DNA of 64,000 nt from Scyliorhinus canicula (lineage: Eukaryota): positions 11,358,018 to 11,422,017 of the forward strand of contig NC_052159.1 in assembly GCF_902713615.1 (NCBI RefSeq), in the 5' to 3' direction. Shown here piece after piece: positions 1-12,039 of this stretch (the stretch's first letter is position 1; every line of letters starts with the position of its first letter). The position numbers and the translations under genes are program-made. The notes under the pieces are model-generated. The model worked only from the letters and a program-made list of their open reading frames with translations, searched no databases and had not been told where the DNA came from.

Positions 1-266
1 TTCCCATCTCCCCTTCAGGAGGTGTTGACTAACGCTAGGGTGCACCCCAAGCTGCTATGACAGCATCCTCCCATAAACTGTGAACCTTGATGGTGATTGT
101 CGGCTAACTGTTAACACGATGTGGGTAGCAAGTACTACACATATCCCTCATTCTGTCCTCACCTAATGTCCATACTTTGGAAATGCATAAGTTTTCCTTG
201 GCTTTATAAACGTAGGCCTGGACTTTTGCTCCTGAGGCAGGTAGCTCAAGTCAACAGATTTCCTGA

Positions 267-1639
267 CTTAAGCCACTGTGTGGTGATCATGAATGATGGG
301 AGTAGACATAAATGCTCTTGAAGATGGTTAAGGCCTGTATAACTGACATGATCTGAAGATTTTTCTTAATTCCCTGCTCTTTAAACTTAAAAAAAATGCT
401 GCAGCAGCCACTGAGAGTTAAACAAAACCTTCTGCTGGACTGCTTTGATTGATAAGCGATCTGCTGAAACTTAGATGAAAACAGTGGCATCTTATCATCC
501 AGTTTCAACAGAGATTTTTGTTGACATTTCACAAGGGCTATCAATATGTCATTATGAATGCTTGGCTGGGTTTCGTATGTCGGTAAAACGTACCCCGAAT
601 CGTGCAATTTTCGCCCCGGAGGGTGGGCTGGAGTCAGGACCATCGACCCCAAGAGCAGAGCTTTGGCGGCCACAGGAGCAGGCGGGTGCCACGGCAGGCT
701 AGTTAGAAGGCCTGCCTCAGTTCTCTGCAACTTCGTCTCAGTTGTTTCAGTCTTAGGCCCTTGAGTCCTCTTCCCTCATGCTCCCTCACTGCCCACTCTT
801 GCCTCTTGACCTCTCATAACTGCCGTGCCTACTCAATGCCAACTAATTTCCTCGGCCAACCCCTTTGGTCTCTCATACCCTCCATGCCAACTCACCCGAA
901 CTTCAGGAACCAGAATCTGATACAGCTTTCACTTCTCCACACTTGAGAGCGAAAAAACTGACATTCCAGTAATCCATTCAAAGCTTTTAAATCTCTTCTG
1001 GTGGCTCATCTTTTAAAAGCAAACACACTTTTGAAAAATGAAAATGAAATGAAATGAAAATCGCTTATTGTCACGAGTAGGCTTCAATGAAGTTACTGTG
1101 AAAAGCCCCTAGTTGCCACATTCCGGCGCCTGTCCGGGGAGGCTGGTACGGGAATCAAACCGTGCTGCTGGCCTGCTTGGTCTGCTTTAAAAGCCAGCGA
1201 TTTAGCCCAGTGAGCTAAACCAGCCCCTGGTTTCAGCCCCTTTGTTCAGATCCCATTACAAAACAGATAATCCTTTAAAGGCCTCTTTAAACTGTCAGTC
1301 AAACTGTGAAGCAGCCCCTTGCTGAGATAGTACAGCTTTTGAAACCCAGTCAAGCATTCATAATGACATATTGATAGCCCTTGTGAAATGTCAACAGAAA
1401 TCTCTGTTGAAACTATCTGAATAGGTGTCACTCTTTTCATCTCATTTGCAGCAGATCACTTGTCAATTAAAGCAGTCCAGCAGAGGGTTTTGTTTAACTC
1501 TCAGTAGCTGCTGCAGCCTTTTTTTAAGTTTAAAGAGCAGGGAATTTAAAAAAAGCCTTTAGATCGTGACAGTTAACCATCCTTCAAGAACATTTATAGC
1601 CACTCCCGTCAATTCATGATCCCCACACTGTGGCTGAAG
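267..1639. repeat. Long inverted repeat / foldback, arms ~267-574 and ~1341-1639
   Basis: The right arm's reverse complement aligns to the left arm throughout, e.g. agtttcaacagagatt(t/c)tgttgacatttcacaagggctatcaatatgtcattatgaatgctt, at roughly 80-85% identity by eye. Confidence 0.9.
1033..1228 (-). mobile_element. Short tRNA-derived SINE (family B: AGGGGCTGGTTTAGC head, (CATTT)n tail)
   Basis: Box A/B-like motifs in the head. Further copies lie at 2133-2232, 12626-12810, 18928-19111, 26114-26270, 31614-31810 and 42511-42687. Confidence 0.85.
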
Positions 1640-2507
1640 CGCATACTTGGAGCAGCCAAAATGTGGTCTGTTTGAGCTCAATACTAGGTTCAAGTGGTCC
1701 TGCTGAGTTCATGTTTCCCTCCTGTGTGAATCATGCCCACTCCCTTTCCCCTACCGGCAGAATTTGGATATGTCTGAAACAGAGACCTCTGCAAACAGGT
1801 CCCACCCGCCAATTGTAAAGGTCCAATCTGGCCCATCTGAAAACAAGGATGTTACATTGAACCTTAATAAACCTAATCAGTTAGGCCCTAACTGGAGTGC
1901 TGTGTACAATTCTGGGCAGCAGATTGTAGGGAAGATCTCAAGGGCTTAGAGGCAGTACGGAGGAGCTTTACTGGGAAATTGCCAGTATGTAGGACCCGTG
2001 TTATGTTGCGAGACTAGAGATGCTAGGGTTGTTCAGCTTGGAGCAGGGGAAGGGGAAATTTAACAGAGGTGTTAAAAATCACAAGGGATTTTGATGAACT
2101 AAATAAAGCGAAATTCTTTCCAGTGGCAGAAGTGAAAATCACTTATTGTCACGAGTAGGCTTCAATGAAGTTACTGTGAAAAGCCCCTAGTCGCCACATT
2201 CCAGCGCCTGTCCGGGGAGGCTGGTACGGGAAGTGGTGACTGGTGACAGAGGTTTGAGGTAATTGGCAAAAGATAAGCAGAAGAGGAGGATTAATTTTAA
2301 TTGTTCTGATATGGAATGGGCTGCTTGAAAGGACAATGGAAACCGATTCAATAACAAACGTGAAAATAACTGAAGTGGGAATATTAACAAGGCTACGGGG
2401 AAATGGTGGGGGAGTGGGATAGCTCTTTCAAAGAGCCAACATAGATATACCATCTCCCTGAGCTCTATCATTCCATGAAATGGCTGATTTTCAAACCTTA
2501 ACATTCT

Positions 2508-4051
2508 TTTTTTTTAATAAACAATTTTATTGAGGTAATTTTTGGCTTTGTAAACAGTTACAGACATCAACAGAAAGAAAGCAAAAAAGGCAAAAATGTG
2601 CAAACATCCATGTACTTTCAGTACTTCAATCGTAACATACTGCACAAGCCCGCTCCTCTCCCACAGGTACTACCCGCCATTTAATCCCTCCTACTCTACT
2701 CTACCCCCCCCCCCCCCAAAAATTGCCACCCCTGGACCCATCGCCACCCTTGTTTTTAGCACCCGGGACATGACGTCCGCAAATCCCTCCCAGTACCCCC
2801 TCAGCTTAGGGCATGCCCAAAACATGTGAACGTGGTTCGCTGGTCCTCCCGCGCACCTAGCGCATTTGTCCTCTATCCCAAAGAATTTGCTCATCCGAGC
2901 CACCGTCATATGGGCCCGGTGAACGACCTTAAATTGAATCAGCCCGAGCCTGGCACATGTCGCGGTCGAATTTACCCTACTCAGAGCCTCTGCCCACAGC
3001 CCGTTGTCCATTTCCCCGCCTAGCTCCTCCTCCCATTTAAGTTTCAGTTCCTCCGTCTGGGACCCTTCCTCCCTCATGAGCACCTTATAAATACCTGAGA
3101 CTCTACCCTCCCCTTCTTCCCCCCTAGAGACTATTCTGTCGAGGATCCCCATTGGCGGGAGGCATGGGAAAGATGGGACCTGTCTACGAACAAAGTCCCG
3201 CAACTGTAGGTACCTAAAATCATTTCACCTTACCAGCCCAAATTTTTCCTCCAAGCTCCTCAAACTCGCAAAGCTCCCTTCCAGGAACATATCGCCCACA
3301 CTTCCCACCCCCGCCTGCCGCCATACTCCAAACCCCCCATCCATACTCCCGGGGGCAAACCGATGGTTGTCGCAGATTGGCGCCCAGACAGACGCCCCCA
3401 TCTCCCTTACATGCCTCCTCCACTGGCCCCATATCCGCAGGGTCGCCACCACTACCGGGCTGGTGGAGTACTTGGCCGGCGGCAGCGGTAGAGGAGCCGT
3501 GACCAGGGCTGCCAAACTGGAGCCCCTGCACGAAGCCGCCTCCACCCGCTCCCAGATAGACCCCGTACCCACCATCCACTTCTTTATCATAGCGATGTTG
3601 GCCGCCCAGTAATAATTAATCAGACTCGGCAAAGCCAGCCCTCCCTCGCTGCGGTTCCTCTCCAACATCGCCTTCTTCACCCGCGGGGATTTTCCCGCCC
3701 AGACAAAGCTCATGATCATCCTGTTAACTCTTTTGAAGAAGGACTGTGGAACAAAGATCGGGATGCACTGAAAAACAAACAGAAATCTAGGGAGGATTGT
3801 CATCTTTACAGTCTGCACCCTCCCTGCCAGCGACAGCGGGAGTGCATCCCATCTCCGAAACTCTCCCTTCATTTGCTCCACCACCCTGGCCAAATTTAAC
3901 TTGTGCAGCCTGCCCCAGTCTCGTGCCACCTGGATTCCCAAATACCGGAAATTTTCCTCAAACAGCCTAAACGGTAGCCCTCTCAATCTGTTCTCCTGGC
4001 CCCTTGCCTGTACCACAGACATTTCACTCTTGGCCGTATTTAATTTGTCAG
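2508..4051 (-). mobile_element. 5'-truncated L1-clade LINE (RT C-terminal part, C-terminal CCHC region, poly-A)
   Basis: ORFs 3225-4079 and 2691-3203 (CARCAGGPANHVHMFWAC). Poly-T lies at the left end. The 13-bp TSD ACCTTAACATTCT occurs at 2495-2507 and 4052-4064. Confidence 0.9.
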
Positions 4052-4212
4052 ACCTTAACATTCTGCATGGCTTAGTCAATCCCCGGAATGGGAGGAGAAA
4101 AGCTGTTTAAATTTTTAATTTCTCTTTACCTGTTTCCCCCCACCCCAAACCCCCCCTCCCCCCCCCCCCCCCCCCCCCCCCCCTCACCCACCCACCATTT
4201 CTGTCTCCACAG

Positions 4213-4307
4213 CAATGCAAAGAATTTACTTACAGATTTGCAGCTGATGTCCGAAACCAGCGACTTGGAGCCATAACCCCTGGTTATGACTTTATGAAGC
4301 ACTTGAG
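4213..4307 (+). CDS. PNPLA4: PNPLA4 internal coding exon (QCKEFTYRFAADVRNQRLGAITPGYDFMKHL-R), 95 nt
   Basis: ctccacag|CAA acceptor and GAG|gtaag donor. The translation matches vertebrate PNPLA4 (..CNQFTYKFAEEIRRQSFGAVTPGYDF..). It ends in phase 2, completed by the first G of the next exon. Confidence 0.95.
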
Positions 4308-4668
4308 GTAAGAGAAAGAAAAACATAGGAACAGAGGAGCCCATTCAGTCCCCCAAGGCTGTATCGCCAGTCACTTAGATCATGGCTGATTTGTATCTTA
4401 GCCCGATTTAACCACCTTGATACCTCACTGTCTCAGAAATCTATCCATCTGAGTTTTCAAATTATCCCCTACGCTCTCTGTTTTTTTTGGAGGGGGCAGT
4501 TGCAGATTTCTACGATGCCACATGGAAAGGAGCACTTCCCGCCAACACTGAATGGCCCAGATCTGATTTTAACCCTGCTCCCGTTTTTTCTGAGGCTCTT
4601 TATTGTCAGAAAAGTACTTGCAAGTTTGAGTTGACAGGAAAATTTCCTCCCCTTCTTTTGACGGTAAT

Positions 4669-7566
4669 AGAGATAGAGAAATACAGCACAGAACAGGCCC
4701 TTCGGCCCACGATGTTGCGCCGAACTTTTGTCCTAGGTTAATCATAGAATTTTGGACAATTTGTCATGGCCAATCCACCCAACCTGCACATCTTTGGACT
4801 GTGGGAGGAAACCGGAGTACCCGGAGGAAACCCACGCAGTCACGGGGAGGATGTGCAGACTCCACACAGACAGTGACCCAAGTCGAAATCGAACTTGGGA
4901 CCCTGGAGCTGTGAAGCAATTGTGCTATCCACAATGCTACCGTGCTGCCCTTAAGAAGTTAACCTACACTCCCTTATTCTACCCTAATCCAAGTACCTAT
5001 CCAATAGCCGTTTGAAGGTCCATAAATTTTCCGACTCAACTACTACCACAGGCAGTGCATTACATGCCCCCACTACTCTCTGGGTAAAGAACCTACCTCT
5101 GACATCCCCTCTATATCTTCCACCATTTATCTTAAATTTATGTCCCCTTGTAGTGGTGTGTTCCACCCGGGGAAAAAGTCTCTGACTATCTACTCTATCT
5201 ATTCCCCTGATCATCTTATAAACCTCTATCAAGTCGCCCCTCATCCTTCTCCGTTCCAATGAGAAAAGGCCCAGCACCCTCAATCTTTCCTCGTATGACC
5301 TACTCTCCATTCCAGGCAACATCCTGGTAAATCTCCTCTGCACCTTTGCCAAAGCTTCCACATCCTTCCTAAAATGAGGTGACCAGAACTGCACACAGTA
5401 CTCCAAATGTGGCCTGACCAAGGTTTTGTACAGCTGCATCATCACCTCACGGCTCTTAAATTCAATCCCTCTGCTAATGAACGCTAGCACACCATAGGCC
5501 TTCTTCACAGCTCTATCCACTTGAGTGGCAACTTTCAAAGAACAATGAACATAGACCCCAAGATCTCTCTGCTCCTCCACATTGCCAAGAACCCTACCAT
5601 TAACCCTGTATTCCGCATTCAGATTTGTCCTTCCAAAATGGACAACCTCACACTTGTCAGGGTTAAACTCCATCTGCCACTTCTCAGCCCAGCTCTGCAT
5701 TCTATCTATGTCTCTTTGAAGCCGACAACAGCCCTCCTCACTATCCACAACTCCACCAATCTTCGTATCATCTGCAAATTTACTGACCCACCCTTCAACT
5801 CCCTCATCCAAGTCGTTAATGAAAATCACAAACAGCAGAGGACCCAGAACTGATCCCTGCGGTACGCCACTGATAACTGGGCTCCAGGCTGAATATTTGC
5901 CATCCACCACAACTCTCTGTCTTCTATCGGTGAGCCAGTTTGTTATCCAACTGGCCAAATTTCCCACTATCCCATGCCTCCTTACTTTCTGCATAAGCCT
6001 ACCATGGGGAACCTTATCAAATGCCTTACTAAAATCCATGTACACTACATCCACTGCTTTACCTTCATCCACATGCTTGGTCACCTCCTCAAAGAATTCA
6101 ATAAGACTTGTAAGGCAAGACCTACCCCTCACAAATCCGTGCTGACTATCCCTAATCAAGCAATGCGTTTCCAGATGCTCAGAAATCCTATCCCTCAGTA
6201 CCCTTTCCATTACTTTGCCTACCACCGAAGTAAGACTAACTGGCCTGTAATTCCCAGGGTTATCCCTATTCCCTTTTTTGAACAGGGGCACGACATTCGC
6301 CACTCTCCAATCCTCTGGTACCACCCCTGTTGACAGCGAGGACGAAAAGATCATTGCCAACGGCTCTGCAATTTCATTTCTTGCTTCCCATAGAATCCTT
6401 GGATATATCCCGTCAGGCCCGGGGGACTTGTCTATCCTCAAGTTTTTCAAAACGCGCAACACATCTTCCTTCCTGACAAGTATCTCCTCAAGCTTATCAG
6501 TCTGCTTCACGCTGTCCTCTCCAACAATATGGCCCCTCTCATTTGTAAATACTGAAGAAAAATACTTGTTCAAGACCTCTCCTATCTCTTCAGACTCAAT
6601 ACACAATCTCCCGCTACTGTCCTTAATCGGACCTACTCTCACTCTAGTCATTCTCATATTTCTCACGTATGTGTAAAAGGCCTTGGGGTTTTCCTTGATC
6701 CTACCCGCCAAAGATTTTTCATGCCCTCTCTTAGCTCTCCTAATCCCTTTCTTCAGTTCCCTCCTGGCTATCTTGTATCCCTCCAGCGCCCTGTCTGAAC
6801 CTTGTTTCTTCAGCCTTACATAAGTCTCCTTCTTCCTCTTAACAAGACATTCAACCTCTCTTGTCAACCATGGTTCCCTCACTCGACCATCTCTTCCCTG
6901 CCTGACAGGGACATACATATCAAAGACACGCAGTACCTGATCCTTGAACAAGTTCCACATTTCACTTGTGTCCTTCCCTGACAGCCTATGTTCCCAACTT
7001 CTGTACTTCAATTCTTGTCTGACAGCATTGTATTTACCCTTCCCCCAATTATAAACCTTGCCCTGTTGCTCGCACCTATCCCTCTCCATTACTAAAGTGA
7101 AGGTCACAGAATTGTGGTCACTACCTCCAAAATGCTCCCCCACTAACAAATCTATCACCTGCCCTGGTTCATTACCAAGTACTAAATCCAATATGGCCTC
7201 CCCTCTGGTCGGACAATCTACATACTGTGTTAGAAAAGCTTCCTGGACACACTGCACAAACACTACCCCATCCAAACTATTTGATCTAAAGAGTTTCCAC
7301 TCAATGTTTGGGAAGTTGAAGTCGCCCATGACTACTACCCTGTGACTTCTGCACCTTTCCAGAATCTGTTTCCCAATCTGTTCCTCCACATCTCTGCTGC
7401 TATTGGGGGGCCTATAGAACACTCCCAACAAGGTGACTGCTCCTTTCCTATTTCTAACTTCAACCCATATTACCTCAGTAGGCAGATCCCCCTCGAACTG
7501 TCTTTCTGCAGCTGTTATACTATCTCTAATTAACAATGCCACCCCCCCACCTCTTTTACCATCCTC
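4669..7566 (-). mobile_element. 5'-truncated CR1 LINE with an uninterrupted 852-aa ORF2 segment (part of APE endonuclease plus complete RT)
   Basis: ORF 4984-7542 carries YRPP, GDFN, SDH, PQGSVLGP and KFADD motifs. The CR1-type 3' tail lies at ~4669-4735. Confidence 0.95.
4738..4950 (-). mobile_element. HE1/V-SINE-type SINE inside the CR1 3' UTR
   Basis: The reverse complement reads GGGCAGCACGGTAGC head, then V-domain gtgggtttcctccgggtactccggtttcctccc. Confidence 0.85.
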
Positions 7567-8005
7567 CTTTCAGTAATGTCACTGAAAGAAAAAGTTTCGG
7601 CTCAGGAATTCACTGACTCCATGTCTACTTTACAGGCATAAAATAGGAGCCTAAGTAGCCAGTATGGAGCGGGGGGAGGGGGGGGGGGGGGGGGGGGGGG
7701 GGCTGGGCAGGTACACAAATATTTCACGCCAAAACTGTGTGACCTGCCACGATTCTAGTATAAACCTCCAGGAATTTCTACTCAAATATACGAAGGCCAA
7801 TTTGATATGCAATAAAAAAGGGTTTAATACCTGTTACAGGACTCCTTCCTGAAATCAGGCTGCCCTTAACATAGCTTGCTGTGTTCAGGATAATTTGACA
7901 CGCTGCTTAACCTTCAAGGTTTACGAGCCCCTCCCTCCCCTCATCAAAAAATAAAATGTAGCCCCTGGGGTGATATGTGTACAAATCGTTGAAGACAGCG
8001 GGATA

Positions 8006-8575
8006 GGGCCGACAAGGTGGCTCAGTGGTTAGTACTGCAGCCTCACAGCACCAGAGACCTGGGTTCAATTCCGGCTTTGGCCGACAGTGTGGAGTTTGTA
8101 TGTTATCCCCGTGGGTTTCCTCCCACAGTTCAAAGGTGTGCAGGTTAGTTGGATTGGCTATGCTAAATTTCCCCTTCATGTACATGGATGTGTAGGTTAG
8201 TTGGATTGGCTATGCTAAATTTCCCCTTCATGTCCATGGATGTGTAGGTTAGTTGGATTGGCTATGCTAAATTTCCCCTTCATGTCCATGGATGTGCAGG
8301 TTAGTTGGATTGGCTATGCTAAATTTCCCCTTCATGTCCATAGATGTGTAGGTTAGTTGGATTGGCTATGCTAAATTTCCCTTTCATGTCCATGGATGTG
8401 TAGGTTAGTTGGATTGGCTATGCTAAATTTCCCCTTCATGTCCGTGGATGTGTAGGTTAGTCACAGAGATTGGGCTGGGAGTTGGCCTAGGTAGGGTGTT
8501 CTTTCGGAGGGTCAGTGCCGACTTGATGGACCGAATGGCCTCCTTCTGCACTGTAGCGATTCTATGATTCTACGA
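8006..8575 (+). mobile_element. HE1/V-SINE-type SINE with an internal tandem expansion
   Basis: tRNA-like head, V-domain remnant and CR1-like tail (cttctgcactgt...tctatgattcta). Confidence 0.85.
8138..8460 (+). repeat. 52-bp tandem repeat, 6 full copies plus a partial copy
   Basis: Unit gtgtaggttagttggattggctatgctaaatttccccttcatgtccatggat starts at 8138, 8190, 8242, 8294, 8346, 8398 and 8450. Confidence 0.95.
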
Positions 8576-8677
8576 CAGGTTGAAAAATTGATTGAAAAGG
8601 CATGCAAAATTCTAGGCTTTATGGAGGCCTGAAGTACAGAAGCGACAATGTTATGATAAACTATTAAAAACATATTG

Positions 8678-10440
8678 GGTGAAATTACAGAAGTGGGTTT
8701 CAGCAAATTTCAACCTGCAAATGCAGCTTGAGGAGACTAACCGCCTTCAGGCACAGGAGATGGTGCCTACAATGCCAGGTACCCAGGCTACACTGAGTGG
8801 GTGGTTTCCGTGATGGCGGCCTTGGGTCAAAAAGTCAGGGCCATTGGTCAAGATGTCCAAGGCTTGGGGCAATCTGTGCAGTTGATGGCTGAGGCTCAGG
8901 ACAAGGGAGTCCAGTTACCGGCAGTCATGTACCGGGTCCACATGGACATTGCTGCAGGGCTCCAGAGCTTGGCCCATTCACAAAGGGTCAAAGTTGAGGG
9001 TGTCGAGAGCATTGGCCGGGTGCTGACTGACCAGGGTCAGTCACAGAGGGACGTGGCACAGTCCCAGAGGGACATGACCGAGACAGTGAGGTACATGACT
9101 CACTCACTGAGGAACATGGCCCAGTCTCAGTGCTCCATGCTTGAGGGCATCGAGACTCTGGTTCAGACGAGGGCGGGCCTCCAGGACTTTCAGCGCCAGA
9201 TGACAGTGGTGCCTCCGGAGCGCACTCCCGTGAGGGCCATTGACCATCCCAAGGGAGGAGGAAGTGATGGGGCAGGCTCCTCTTGTGCAGGGTCCTCCCC
9301 AAGCAGGCCCTGTGCCTCCAGCCTCCATGCGTCTGTAATGACAGCTGTGGCCAGGTAGATAGCGAGCATTGCTGCCTGTCTCCGAAATTCATTTAGGGGG
9401 AAGAAAAGACATGTTAACAAGATGGGTATTCCCTTGCCCATCCAAATCCAACAGACGACATGGTGATTCTGAACACTTCAGTTCCACCCTCCACAAGTCT
9501 CCCCAAACCCCATCCCTCAGCTGTTCTCCCTGATATGTGCCTACCACACTGCACCCCTGTCCCCATCAGTGAGTGGAAATGGGCCTGTGATGTGGGGGAG
9601 CCTCTATTCTCACCATCCTTCCCTGTCAACAAGGGTACTGGTGGCTACCGCAACCCGTGTCAGCGATAGGCTCTGCGGCCCCTGTCCTATTTCCCCAGTA
9701 GGCTCTACTGTGGGTGTCCTCATCAGGGGCAGGATAAATGGGAGCAGGGACGCAGTGGGCAGGCAGGGCTTGGAGACAGCTGGTGGTCCAGCCGAGTGGG
9801 CTAGCTGATACTCACACTGGTGAGGCCTCTGCCCTGAGAGAAGCAGTGTGCCAGGGAGGGTGCCGAAGACCACGGTGCATGTGTCCTTTGTTAGGGGTGA
9901 GCTCTGCTATTCCCCTGCAGTGGGGCTACGCTTCTGAAGAATGCACTGAGGAGTGGCAGCACTGATTGAGCTTGGCCACACTCATCCCATTAATGGTTCA
10001 TCTGGGGTCTGAGGGTTCACAGAGGGGTGGCCTGGGTGGGCTCCCAAATGACCAGAGGCTCTGTGAACATTTACAGGACACAGTGAGCAGTCAGCAGAGT
10101 GGTCATCCAGGGGCCTGTAACTTGTACCAAATGGGTGCAGCCACCGCCAGCAAGCGCTACAATTTTTAACAATTTTCCAAACTTTGCTTACCTTCTCTCT
10201 CCACCTCAGCAGCTGTGGCGGCCGACCCCATTCGTAAATTTCTCTAGTAAATTGTGCCCGCGTGACTTCCACTGAGAGTGGCAGAGCATCGCGAAGGCCT
10301 GGAACGTAGTGGGTCAAACGCGCCAGATACATTTTAACACGTGCAAATAAACCTCATTATCGCCACCAGGAAGGCACCAGAGCATGGCCTCTGAATTGGG
10401 GCCGGGCATGGGACTAGAGTTTGGCCGGAGGCCTGATTCT
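8678..10440 (+). mobile_element. Probable DNA-transposon remnant (Harbinger-like accessory-protein region) with a 185-aa coiled-coil-like ORF at 8801-9358
   Basis: Heptad-like Q/S/M-rich repeats (AQSQRDM..). GC-rich, with no splice-supported link to PNPLA4. The family assignment is inference. Confidence 0.35.
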
Positions 10441-10703
10441 CTGCCTGATCGTGGTTCGCTTTTGTGCCGTCGTGAGGTGAAGAATTTAGTCCACCGTGTA
10501 CAGTTCTGGGCCCTGCATTTTGAGGAGGAAGTGAAAATTTTAGAGAGACTGCAGAAAAGATTTACGAAAGTGGTTCCAGGGATGGGGAGGTTTAGTTACG
10601 CGGAGTAATTGGAGAATTAAGCTACGGTTGTTCTCCTTGGAGAAGAGGAGTTTAAGAACAGATTTGATAGTAGTGTTCAAAATCATGAGTTGTCTAGATA
10701 GTA

Positions 10704-11039
10704 GTGGCTTAGTGGCACAGTGGTTAGCACTGCTGCCTCACAGCGCCAGGGACTGGGGTTCAACCTTGGCCTTGGGTGACTGTGTTGAATTGGTAAGTCC
10801 TCCCCGTGTCTGCGTGGGTTTCCTCCGGGTTCTCCGGTTTCCCCCACAGTCCAAAGATGTGCAGGTTAGGTGGATCGGCCATGCTACATTGCCCCTTAGT
10901 ATCCAAAGATTTGCAGGTTAGGTTACGGGGGATCAGGCTGGGTGGACGGGGAGTGGACAGGGTAAGATCCTCTTTCGGAGGGTTGGTGCAGACCCGATGG
11001 GCCAAATAACTTCCTTTTGCACTGTAGGGCTCCTATGAG
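10704..11039 (+). mobile_element. HE1/V-SINE-type SINE within a decayed CR1 3' fragment (~10470-11280)
   Basis: Head gtggcacagtggttagcactgctgcctcacagc, V-domain and CR1-like tail. Confidence 0.85.
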
Positions 11040-11399
11040 ACCTAAACTTTCTATTGGCGTGGGAGTCAGCATGTAAGGCCAAACGTATCGACGGCGACAT
11101 GAAAAAAACATGGTTTTGAGAATACACTGCCTGAGAGTGTGCTGGAGACACTCTGGGGCTTTCAAAAGGCAATTGGATAAGGAATCGAAGAGAAAAAAAG
11201 CCACAACTGCAGTTCCGAATACTTAACACAAAATATGACCATGATTGAGGCAGAGGTTTAGCCTGGTTAGATTGCATGAAGCTTGTGTATGAATCACAGA
11301 GATTTTGCCTTTTCTTTTATAAAAACATAGTGTTCTAGACAGGCCAGGAATGTTTAACATTTGAAAGCAAGTAATGTGACTTGTGTTTTTACTCCTCAG

Positions 11400-11535
11400 G
11401 GAGGGGATAGAATTCATTCTTTCTGCTGATGCCCACAAGAAAGCTCATACTCGGCTGCACGTGTCAATCACAAATGCCAAGACACTGAAAAATTGTTTGA
11501 TCTCCTCCTATCTGACCAGGGAGGACCTCATAACG
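11400..11535 (+). CDS. PNPLA4: PNPLA4 coding exon (EGIEFILSADAHKKAHTRLHVSITNAKTLKNCLISSYLTREDLIT), 136 nt
   Basis: tttttactcctcag|G acceptor and ACG|gtaag donor. Contains the patatin-family motif RLHVSITN..T..N.L.S....REDLI, and the phase is consistent with both neighbours. Confidence 0.95.
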
Positions 11536-11702
11536 GTAAGTGATTTAGGGGAACTTGCAGGGAAATTGATATTTGGGTTTGCTGTGCAAATATTAAGAGG
11601 AAAAGATAATAAAGACTTGCTTTGATGCAGCACTTTTCCTGATGCAGGGTACCCTGAAGTATTTAACAGACGATTCTCTGACAAGTGCAGTCTCTGTTGT
11701 AA

Positions 11703-11925
11703 TTTTTTGTTTTTAAAAATAAATTTAGGATACCCCATTATTCTTTTCCAATTAAGGGGCAATTTAGCGTGGCCAATCCACCTACCCTGCACATCTTTTT
11801 GGGCCGTGGGGGTGAGGCCCACGCAGACACGGGGAGAATGTGCAAAATCCATACAGACAGTGACCCGGGGTTGGGATCGAACCTGGGTCCTCAGTGCCAT
11901 AGGCAGCATTCCTTCATGTGCCGCC
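11703..11925 (-). mobile_element. V-SINE variant with an alternative short tail (..ccccttaattggaaaa..gggta..ctaaattt)
   Basis: The same variant occurs at 23655-23869, 53314-53542 and 60969-61156. Confidence 0.8.
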
Positions 11926-12039
11926 CCAACTTTTCCTATATTACAACAGTTCAGTAATTAACTCTGGTGCTCTATTCCGCATCCTCAACCCTCTGTGCAA
12001 AAATATTTTTAAAAATCTCCCATTCTCCGTCCTTAATCT

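Noticed and set aside
1033-1228. tRNA genes at SINE heads
   Set aside because: Only box A/B-like motifs are present, followed by SINE bodies and tails, with no complete cloverleaf. The same applies to all SINE copies.
1-4212. First coding exon of PNPLA4 (GFLGIYH / GASAG motifs)
   Set aside because: Not found in the listed ORFs or by reading this interval, so it is presumed upstream of the window.
5521-7533. Plus-strand ORFs overlapping the CR1 (and similar antisense ORFs over the other LINEs)
   Set aside because: They are antisense shadows of reverse-transcriptase coding sequence.
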